The notes beneath the pieces were generated by a model. The model saw nothing but the letters and a program-made list of their open reading frames with translations. It made no database searches and was not told the origin of the DNA. A DNA stretch of 64,000 nt from a virus (taxonomy: Duplodnaviria > Caudoviricetes): IMG/VR virus record IMGVR_UViG_3300029288_000060, positions 160,001 through 224,000 of that record; one strand, given 5' to 3'. The position numbers were made by a program, and so were the translations under genes. Positions 50,789 to 58,978 of this stretch are shown piece by piece. Within the stretch, counting starts at the first letter, position 1. Every line of letters starts with the position of its first letter.

Positions 50789-51001
50789 TTAAACATCTTT
50801 CACTTCGAGAGCTTCGACAAGTATATCCATCATGCAACGCCTACGTCGATCACAATAACGTTCAATAGGACACTTCACATTCTCCAACCCTACAATACAT
50901 GCGTTTTCCTCTATCTCCTTCACCTTATCCCATAGGCGAGCTTTCTCTTGGAGTCCTTTCAATTCCCTATCATCAATCATGGTCATATTCATGCTAGTCA
51001 T
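50789..51001 (-). CDS. Array gene: EKARLWDKVKE + Cys + VEALEVKD
   Basis: Start corrected to ATG 51001. Confidence 0.65.
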   Translation of the reverse strand: MTSMNMTMIDDRELKGLQEKARLWDKVKEIEENACIVGLENVKCPIERYCDRRRRCMMDILVEALEVKDV

Positions 51002-51362
51002 CTTTCTTGCCCCCTTCAAGGTTTTGTACAACCATATAACAAGCATCTATCAAATCATAATTGTTGTATGTTTTTCTCGCGTTATCATCTACGGGAATGT
51101 TTGCTATTCGCTTTACACTATTCCATTTTTCAGCCTTCTTAAGTTCAGGGGTAATGATGGAGAATGTTTTATCGACAATAAGATTTGTCAGTTTTTTTAC
51201 TCTGGCGCGGAAGAGGGGGTCGGTATTAAATCTGCCAATAGCATATTTTTCTTTGTTGTTTATTACATTTGCGGTAGTTGTACTTAAGTATACCGGGTAG
51301 AAAAACTGGTCGAGCAAAATGGTCGTAATGTACTGTATTTCATGAAATAGTTCATCCTTCAT
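50994..51362 (-). CDS. Array gene: MKDEL + KKAEKW + LEGG
   Basis: Modules shared with neighbours. Confidence 0.7.
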   Translation of the reverse strand: MKDELFHEIQYITTILLDQFFYPVYLSTTTANVINNKEKYAIGRFNTDPLFRARVKKLTNLIVDKTFSIITPELKKAEKWNSVKRIANIPVDDNARKTYNNYDLIDACYMVVQNLEGGKKDD

Positions 51363-51714
51363 CCTTCACCTCTATTCGTTTACCACACTTATGACAGAAA
51401 GTATAACCTTCATAAAATTCAAACATACCACATGAAGTTATATATACGTCTTGACCATGTATTTGCCAATCATCCTTTGTCCACACGCATCTCTCAGCGT
51501 TGACAAGGGAGAGAATGCGGTCAGCAACTTCGTATTTATCCCAATATGGTGGGTCGTAACATCCTGCTTCGCTTGCTATTTCCTCTCTCAGTTCATCCTT
51601 TACTTGGTTTTCTTGTATCTTTTCCAAGAAGGTCTTACCATGCTTGAGGTAATATTCTTCATCCTCTTCCCTAATCTTTTTTACTTCTTCAATAGCTTTG
51701 TTAATGTTGTTCAT
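51352..51714 (-). CDS. Array gene: KDEL + ADRILSL + Zn ribbon + IEVKDE
   Basis: Modules shared with neighbours; GGAGG RBS. Confidence 0.7.
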   Translation of the reverse strand: MNNINKAIEEVKKIREEDEEYYLKHGKTFLEKIQENQVKDELREEIASEAGCYDPPYWDKYEVADRILSLVNAERCVWTKDDWQIHGQDVYITSCGMFEFYEGYTFCHKCGKRIEVKDEG

Positions 51715-53036
51715 CTTCCTCCTCCAAATACACTAATGCTGGATGCTTTCTTGTGCCGGAGCCGTGACAGGTTGAACATTTTTTACCATTAATCTGTAAA
51801 CTATTGATTGTACCATCATCCATTATCACACCACACTTAGGACATTTCTTTATTCCCCACTCCCGATACTTTGAAAGATAGTTAATGAGATTATCCATAT
51901 TAAGTTGAGCGTTGAGTTGACCAATAAATGAATTTGTATCATCGTTTGCATGACAAGTCATATGAGCCATTTCCTCAAGATAAGATTCCCACACCTCCGG
52001 TAATTCCCGTTCCATATATTTCTTAACATAACCGAATTTATCAAGAGAAGAATCAGAATAAATTTGACTATAGTTCATGTTGACAAGCTTGGCTAAAAAC
52101 ATATCCTTATCCATATTTGCCTCTTTTCTCCTTTGTTTTTTCCTCTTATCTCTTTTAAGTTGACACATGATACACGTCGCTCCATCATAAAAATACTTTT
52201 TACAAGTATTATCTGGGCAACAGATAACAATATCATTTTTCATGGATTATCCTCATAAACATGCTTCCAATAACCCCCGCACCACGTAGATGGTTTATAC
52301 CATACGATTTTAGTGAATATCCAGTATTTTCTGTAAATCAATTCTCCGATTGTTTCATCATAAAATGTCCCGCCACATTTGGGACAACACGTTCCTTCTA
52401 TTGGGACAGCGATTTTGCATTTCAGACACCCTCTTATACTAACATAATGTTCATACATGATTATCTCCAAGACCGCAGAAACCATGTCTGTCGGGTTTTA
52501 TTCTTGAGTACTCTATAGTGGCCGGGCTTATATTGTTTTTTGACCATCCATCTTCTTCACAACATGGAGTAGGTCTATCATACGTAATTTCTATTTCAGG
52601 TTCAGACCATTTCCACAACTGACAATCAGAAGCATCACATTTGATTTCATCCATTTTGTTAATTTCAGATGGAAGATAAAAGTTTGGAATTGTTAACACT
52701 GCCGCTTTGTACTTTGGACATATTGTCTTTCTTGCCTCTTCTTCAGTCATTTATTCCTCGCTTGGTAAATGAATCATACCAACCTGATATCTTTTTTGGC
52801 ATCTCCTACAAACTGTATATAATTTAGCATGTCTTCTTCCAATACCATCCGTAATATATTCTTCAACTTCAAAATATCTATTACAATCTCCATCTATACC
52901 ATCACCATAATAACCAGGTTCAGGCCTATGACCAAATAATTTACAAAGAATCATTTTTTCACTCCTTTTTTATCTTCATATAACTTATTAATTTCTATTT
53001 CTCCTAAGATTTATATATCCCCCAAAAAATATCAGT

Positions 53037-53327
53037 TTATTCACTTATAAAAGATCCTTTCTTACGATATTTACTGTTATTTGTAAAAAAATCCCCTGGA
53101 TAGCTAGTCCCGTCGTCATAAGGAATACCGATTGCATTACGAGTTTCAATCGCATTTAATTCGAGAGTTGTTTCATTCAGCGCTTCTCTTATCTCTGATT
53201 CAGGATCTTCAATCAAAATAGACCATTTACCCCCTTCGTCTGCTACCTGATCTAGATTGACATTATGAGCAAATTGATTAATATCTTCTTCTCCATGTCT
53301 TTTTAGTCCTTTCTTTTTATTTTTCAT
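53037..53327 (-). CDS. Hypothetical protein sharing its N-terminus with 44923..45375
   Basis: MKNKKKGLKRHGEEDINQFAHNVNL. Confidence 0.65.
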   Translation of the reverse strand: MKNKKKGLKRHGEEDINQFAHNVNLDQVADEGGKWSILIEDPESEIREALNETTLELNAIETRNAIGIPYDDGTSYPGDFFTNNSKYRKKGSFISE

Positions 53328-53341
53328 ATTTCTCCCACCTT

Positions 53342-53755
53342 TTAATTTCTAGAATCAATTAAAATAAAATTTTCTATACTATTTTTTGGTATATGAAAAC
53401 TTAAAATAACTCCTGAATTTTTATGTATTTTAAACACTCTTTCAACAGAAGAAAATGGTGCACTACTGGTAAGAGTCATAGTTACATATGATTCAGTTAT
53501 AGAATTTACATCCTCATAAATCTGACAATATTTTGAGTTTACAATTCCGAAATTAGCTGCTCCATTTTTAATATAAATAAATTTTATTAAAATTTCAAGA
53601 GTTGAAGATGAACTTCCAAGAAATTGACCGTGACTTAAAACTTTTGATGTATTATTTATTTGTTTTAATGGGTATGTCTCCGTAGCAGTTTCTTGACACC
53701 CAACTAAAAAAATACCACACAATACAAAAATAATCATGATTGTTTTAATTTTCAT
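53342..53755 (-). CDS. Putative lipoprotein
   Basis: Signal peptide with lipobox FLVGC. Confidence 0.65.
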   Translation of the reverse strand: MKIKTIMIIFVLCGIFLVGCQETATETYPLKQINNTSKVLSHGQFLGSSSSTLEILIKFIYIKNGAANFGIVNSKYCQIYEDVNSITESYVTMTLTSSAPFSSVERVFKIHKNSGVILSFHIPKNSIENFILIDSRN

Positions 53756-55314
53756 CTTTCACCTCAAATTTCATAATTACTCCTTTAGCCTTACTTAGGT
53801 ACTCCTTATGCTGTAGTAAATGGTAGATTATTTTCCACTATTAAGACTAAACTATCATCATCTTTTATAATACAACCAAGAACAACCTCTCCATCCCAAC
53901 TTAAATAGGGAAAACATTTATGGGAATATACGGATACTCCATCTATATCAGATGGAGAGTAACCATTCATCTTGGATAATTTTTTAAATTTATCTATAAG
54001 ACCATCTCTAGTGTATAATTTCAATTTTCCTCCATTAAAGTTTTGAACTATCTTTTTTATTCTTCTAAGTTTTCTCCTAATTGGATTAATAATTTTTTTG
54101 CTTCCTCATATGCAGTTCTTGTTTCCTCACTATTAGCATTAATCGAAATACTCAACACTAAGTTTTTTAATGACATCTTCATTTTTTTATTTTTTTCTAC
54201 CTCTCTATATAACTTAGCCGTTGGTGAACTATGTATTTTTTCTAAATCTCTTTCTGCTTTCTTTTTTTCTCGTTCTGCTACGGTCTCTGGATGATGTTGT
54301 TTACAAAATCCGTCTTTCCATTCTTTTCGAGAACATCTAGAACTACGCCATGATCCTGAAAGCCAAACTCTTGCTGTACATTGCATTTTATTCTCCTATT
54401 TCCTTTATTAACCATATTGACCATCTTCGCCCAAATATCCTTGTTCACCATGGTCCCATTCTGTAGGAGCCATGTACTCTATTTCTTCTTTGGACTCTTT
54501 CTCTAAAGGAACATTTAGGTGCTCGTAATAACCTCTGGGGTTATGGGTATTGTGCCATCTATCCTTATGCTTATTACAACAAAATTTAGGTCTTTTAGTT
54601 TCTTTCCCGCACCATAGACATCTATTCATTTTCATCAAAAGTCTTACCTACCTCTTATAAATTTGTTTTTTATGACATTTACATTTTTCATTATATATTT
54701 TACCCATATCCTCCCACCATCCCCGTCCAGTAAAATCTTTAAAATTATAACAAAATTGTTCTTGCATTTGACCACATTTTTTACAATATCTTCTATATGG
54801 ATTATATTTATCATAACGAAATAAAAATAAATTTCTTAAAAAATCAAAAACCATTTTATTTATCCTCTTTATCAACTAGCTTCCAAAATTCTTTATTAAT
54901 AAGTTTTGCATATTCAGGAGGTAAATCTTGGCTATTAATTTTTTCTATTATTTTAATTGATTCCACAAGTTCATCATAACTACGAGATTTCTCTAGTTGG
55001 TTGGCAGCGAAGAGAGCCAGAATTTCATTCATTATTATTACAACTTTGGTATCATTTAAGAAACCAATTCTAATTATATCTGTTACCTTTTGTCGTAGTT
55101 CAAGTTCATTCATGTTTTCATTTTTTACTAAATAATTTTCTTCATGCAGTACTTCAAGAAATGCTTGAATTAAATCAACAATTTTAGATCTTTCCCATCC
55201 TTTAAATTGGAAATTCGAATTAATTACAAGTTTATCATGTCTATCTAAAACTTTTTTTGCAACCAATAAAAAATCAATCTCCATAATAACCTCTATTTTC
55301 TCTCTTATTGATAC

Positions 55315-55713
55315 TTATTTCCCAGTTGCAAGGTCTACGTCTGGAACTATTATCTGTGGACGGAAAATAACCTTGTAGTGATAAACATTCACTGGAGCTT
55401 CTTTTAATTGTTCAGCAAAATAGGTCACATTATCCGAAAGACCAAGATAATGTTTCTTATACTCTGTATTTGATGTTTTACACGTTACGGTAACAACCCT
55501 TTCACTAGCTCTTATATCAATTGAACATCTTCCTTCTATTGAAAGCATATATTCTTTTTGTATAGAGTTATAAAAAACAATACGTCGTTCTATTTGAAAT
55601 TGGTCTGCTGCAACAGAAATATTATGTGAAGCCACGTCTGCTTCTTTTGAACATCCTACAAGCAGAATAATACAACTTATTAATAATAACATCAACTTTG
55701 CTAAAATTTTCAT
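55315..55713 (-). CDS. Phage lipoprotein
   Basis: Lipobox LLVGC; ADVASHNIS..RRIVFYN..EGRCSI..YKKHYLGLSDNVTYF. Confidence 0.75.
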   Translation of the reverse strand: MKILAKLMLLLISCIILLVGCSKEADVASHNISVAADQFQIERRIVFYNSIQKEYMLSIEGRCSIDIRASERVVTVTCKTSNTEYKKHYLGLSDNVTYFAEQLKEAPVNVYHYKVIFRPQIIVPDVDLATGK

Positions 55714-56045
55714 TTTTTCTCCTTTATCTCTTTTGAGAATTTTATTAATTCAGTTCTTGCCTTCTTATTTTTTGTTTTTTTAGTCTATTATATATATTCC
55801 ACTTATAATAATATTTATAATTGAATAAGTATAGAAAAAACTTTTGAACTTTATTAAGATTTATTTTTGTATAAATATCCCATTCTTCTTTATTTGGTAT
55901 ATAATTACCATAAATTATCATTTTGACAAGCCTCACTTGTTTTCTTCAAGATCAACCACCTTTCTTACCTCCTTCAGGAACTTTGACAACATTCCGATAT
56001 TACTACGTTTAACAAAACATGAAAATGATTTTAATTTATTAAAAA

Positions 56046-57284
56046 TTAAACTATCAACATTAATTTTTCTTTAGCTCTGGTACATGCAGTATATAACCAT
56101 TTTTTCATATACTCATCATCCCAATAATAACTTTTTTCTAAAAAACAAATAACTTTTTTAAATTCGCTTCCTTGACTCTTATGAACACTAATACAATATC
56201 CAAAATCACAAACATCAATTGTATTTGTATTCACATTCTTCATAGTTTTTTTATTCTTCTTTATAAGTTCTGGTAACATACTTAAAGAATCTTGATATTG
56301 TTCTTTTCCAAAACACCCATTATAAACTAAACCTGAGTAAGTTCCTTCAGTATTATCTAACTCTATTGTCATATTATAAATATTTTTTGCTTCATATAAT
56401 AAGAATAAGTTTTTTCCTATCATGCCATTAAAAACTTTTGAATTGTAATTATTTTTTAAAAAGATAACTCTTTCACCTGGGTATGGTTCTGGGTTAATAA
56501 ACCCTAATTTATCTCTTATTAATTGATTTACACTTACCCTTGTTTTATTTAAACCACATAATATAATCATGTCTTCATCAACAAAATTTAAATTATCAAA
56601 AATTTGTTTACATTCTTTTGAATTCCAAGAAATTTTAAAAATACCCTTATTGTTTTTATCATAAAAACCCATTGGAATATCTTTACCATTTCTTATATCC
56701 TGTGATAATCTAATTATTGGATTATCTAATGCTTGTCTCATGATCTCTGTTAGTAGGTAATCAGGTTTTTTCATTAAATTAAATTGTTCTCCTACCGGAG
56801 GAAGTTGACCATGATCACCTACTGCTATAATTGGTATTTCATATTCAATTAAATCTCTCCAAATTTCCCTATTAACCATAGAAGCTTCATCGATAAAAAT
56901 TAAGTCATATGGAATAAAATCTTTCTTAATCCAATTAATTACTACCATTTTATGAATATTTTTATCATATCTTAATTCTGGTTTATAAATTAAACTATGT
57001 ATAGTTCCAACAAAATCCCCTTCAAAAATAGCATTATTTTCAACCAACTTACTTTTTAAAACACTTGATGCTTTACCAGTAAACGTTGCAAAAGCTACAT
57101 TTGTATTTTTAAATTTATCTTCTATTTCATTTCTAATTATTGAAATTAAAAAAGTTTTTCCAGTTCCTGCTAATCCACCAATTGTTATGTATTTAAAATC
57201 AGGTAAGATATTTGATTTACTTAATGATACACCAAGTCTATCCATAACTTTCTTAAATACATAATTCTGATCATTTGTTAACAT
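56046..57284 (-). CDS. SF1B helicase (Dda/RecD-like)
   Basis: GLAGTGKT, IDEASM, GDHGQLPPV, LTEIMRQ, SVHKSQGSEF, LYTACTRA. Confidence 0.93.
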   Translation of the reverse strand: MLTNDQNYVFKKVMDRLGVSLSKSNILPDFKYITIGGLAGTGKTFLISIIRNEIEDKFKNTNVAFATFTGKASSVLKSKLVENNAIFEGDFVGTIHSLIYKPELRYDKNIHKMVVINWIKKDFIPYDLIFIDEASMVNREIWRDLIEYEIPIIAVGDHGQLPPVGEQFNLMKKPDYLLTEIMRQALDNPIIRLSQDIRNGKDIPMGFYDKNNKGIFKISWNSKECKQIFDNLNFVDEDMIILCGLNKTRVSVNQLIRDKLGFINPEPYPGERVIFLKNNYNSKVFNGMIGKNLFLLYEAKNIYNMTIELDNTEGTYSGLVYNGCFGKEQYQDSLSMLPELIKKNKKTMKNVNTNTIDVCDFGYCISVHKSQGSEFKKVICFLEKSYYWDDEYMKKWLYTACTRAKEKLMLIV

Positions 57285-57287
57285 TAT

Positions 57288-57647
57288 TTACTTCTTATTT
57301 ACTTTATTATCATAATATTTTGTAATACTAGAAGGTTGAACTTCAAATATATCTCCCTTAAATTCAAATCTTTGCATATTAATTGCTTTTGTTACTTCTC
57401 TTTCATAAATAATTTTACTTGCTGAAATACCAATAAAAATACCAAAAGCAATAAATATAATTGTAGTAAAAGCATGTCTTTGAAACCATTCCCATGAATT
57501 CATTAATTTATTTTCTTTTATCATATTATTCTCTCCTTCATATTCATATACCATTGTTTTTTCTGATTCATTGCAAATTTCATCTGGATCTTCTAAAGGA
57601 ATTGGATGTTGATTAGCAACTGCATCATTTAGTGGACTATTACTCAT
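57288..57647 (-). CDS. Single-TM membrane protein
   Basis: AFTTIIFIAFGIFIGISA; next to the transglycosylase gene. Confidence 0.65.
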   Translation of the reverse strand: MSNSPLNDAVANQHPIPLEDPDEICNESEKTMVYEYEGENNMIKENKLMNSWEWFQRHAFTTIIFIAFGIFIGISASKIIYEREVTKAINMQRFEFKGDIFEVQPSSITKYYDNKVNKK

Positions 57648-57648
57648 T

Positions 57649-58212
57649 TTATCTCCTTTTATTTTTCAAATTTTTTGCTAACTTTATTACTTTGTCTGCA
57701 TAATCATAAGATTGTTTTGGTGGATTTGTACCACCATTATAAGAAGCAAGAGCGTATCTTAAATTATTATTCCTATACTTAATCCAATCCTCTAATTTTT
57801 TTGCTCCTCTCATAATATCAATAATTGCAAACTCATAAACATCATGTTTTGTAGCTTGCATAATTCCTTTATAACCAGCAGAAGATTTTGCATTCTTATC
57901 CATCTTTGATTCATAATATGCAATTGAAGTTAGTAACTTGTCATCTATGTTTGTAACTTCCGAAGCAACTTTAATTGAGAAACTAACTTCTTTAACATAA
58001 TTATTAGACTTTGATAAATTAGGAATTAACGTAATTAAATCTTGTTGAATTTGTTCCGCTTTATCTGCTTTATCATTTATCTTTATCGGTGTAATTATTT
58101 TATTACTAAGCTGAAAAATTATGCAGCTTATTAATAAGATCAATAAAAAAGTTTTAATTATTGAAGAAAATAACCTAAAAAATAACTTTATGTTACTTAT
58201 ATTCTTATTCAT
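57649..58212 (-). CDS. Lytic transglycosylase (SLT domain) with N-terminal TM anchor
   Basis: IAYYES, AKSSAGYKGIMQ, ALASYNGG. Confidence 0.88.
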   Translation of the reverse strand: MNKNISNIKLFFRLFSSIIKTFLLILLISCIIFQLSNKIITPIKINDKADKAEQIQQDLITLIPNLSKSNNYVKEVSFSIKVASEVTNIDDKLLTSIAYYESKMDKNAKSSAGYKGIMQATKHDVYEFAIIDIMRGAKKLEDWIKYRNNNLRYALASYNGGTNPPKQSYDYADKVIKLAKNLKNKRR

Positions 58213-58254
58213 TTTTTAATCCTCCTATTAAAAAATACACCCCCTTATTCTAAA

Positions 58255-58303
58255 ATTAATATATGTAGTATAAAAAAATAAAACTAATTATTAATTTGTT
58301 CTG
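58255..58303 (-). promoter_or_regulatory. Tandem motif A (58255-58268) and motif B (about 58290-58303) at the head of the leftward transcription unit
   Basis: CTACATATATTAAT and CAGAACAAATTAAT on the - strand. Confidence 0.5.
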
Positions 58304-58487
58304 ATTTAAAATATAAAAATCTATGTAGTTCTAGAAACAAACTATTTTTTAGGAAACTTTTTTTATTTGTTAGAACAAACTTTTGGTTGGGAGAGAGGAC
58401 ATGAAACTTTGATTAATATTATAAATCTAGGTTTCTAAATAAAAACTTAAAATAATAATTTAAATAAAAAAGATAGATTAGTTAGAA

Positions 58488-58767
58488 TAACACCCAGTGC
58501 TGTGGGCACCCGCCCCCAAGGCGGCGTGGACGCACATCACTCACTGGGGGGTTAAAAAAGACACTAACTGTAGCGTGCGCAACCGCGCAAGACGCTACGA
58601 TATAAACTAGATATATAATAAAATACAGGTACAAAAATTTCTACAAAAAATTCTTGAATAAGTAAATCTAATTATAATAGAGAAAATCTATATTAAAGTG
58701 TGCAGAAGAAAACACACTTCTCAATTCGACCACGCTTGGTGCGGGTCTCCTTTCAAGTGTTTTCTTC
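58488..58767. other. Three GC-rich stem-loops in the divergent intergenic region (candidate origin or ncRNA)
   Basis: CCCAGTG/CACTGGG enclosing CCGCC/GGCGG; GTAGCGT/ACGCTAC enclosing GCGC/GCGC; GAAGAAAACAC/GTGTTTTCTTC enclosing GACC-CGC/GCG-GGTC. Confidence 0.6.
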
Positions 58768-58905
58768 CTTCTTTTTGTTAAAATTTTTATAGAAAAAAAT
58801 TAAAACTATTAGAACAAATGTTTAAATAAGTTATAGCTCTAGTCATAACTATATTTCAAATGATTTTTCAAAGGAAAGGGTTGAATATTTAGTAGAACCA
58901 GGAAA

Positions 58906-58938
58906 ATATTTTGACATTTGAAAAAGTCAAAATATAAC
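58906..58938 (+). promoter_or_regulatory. Sigma70-like promoter overlapped by a 10-bp inverted repeat
   Basis: TTGACA (58911-58916), 16 bp, TATAAC (58933-58938); ATATTTTGAC/GTCAAAATAT. Confidence 0.55.
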
Positions 58939-58978
58939 TTTCGTAAGGATTTAAAAAACATAGAAAAAGGAGATTTAA

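Larger units (their letters stand above)
48270..51720 (-). repeat. Array of small paralogous mosaic genes with repeated DNA modules
   Basis: 45-bp repeat 49017-49061 / 49306-49350 (1 mismatch); 23-bp repeat 48878-48900 / 49176-49198; CCTTCACCTTATCCCATAGGCGAGC at 49441-49465 and 50917-50941; junction GCTCTCGAAGGAGGT..ATG in at least 4 copies. Confidence 0.9.
42129..55936 (-). other. Accessory region of roughly 45 small, tightly packed hypothetical ORFs (many Cys-rich, membrane or lipoprotein)
   Basis: Continuous - strand tiling with GGAG RBSs and overlapping stop/start codons; + strand ORFs here are shadows. Confidence 0.85.

Noticed and set aside
48270-51720. Repeats as a CRISPR array, integron attC sites or a DGR
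   Set aside because: The repeats are coding, non-palindromic, irregularly spaced and of several types. No integrase or reverse transcriptase is in the window, and there is no adenine-specific mismatch pattern.
440-54979. + strand ORFs in the track between 440 and about 56,000 (for example 440..799, 8790..9068, 24575..25009, 37454..37831, 48810..49205)
   Set aside because: Antisense shadows of well-supported - strand genes, with no RBS or recognisable motifs.
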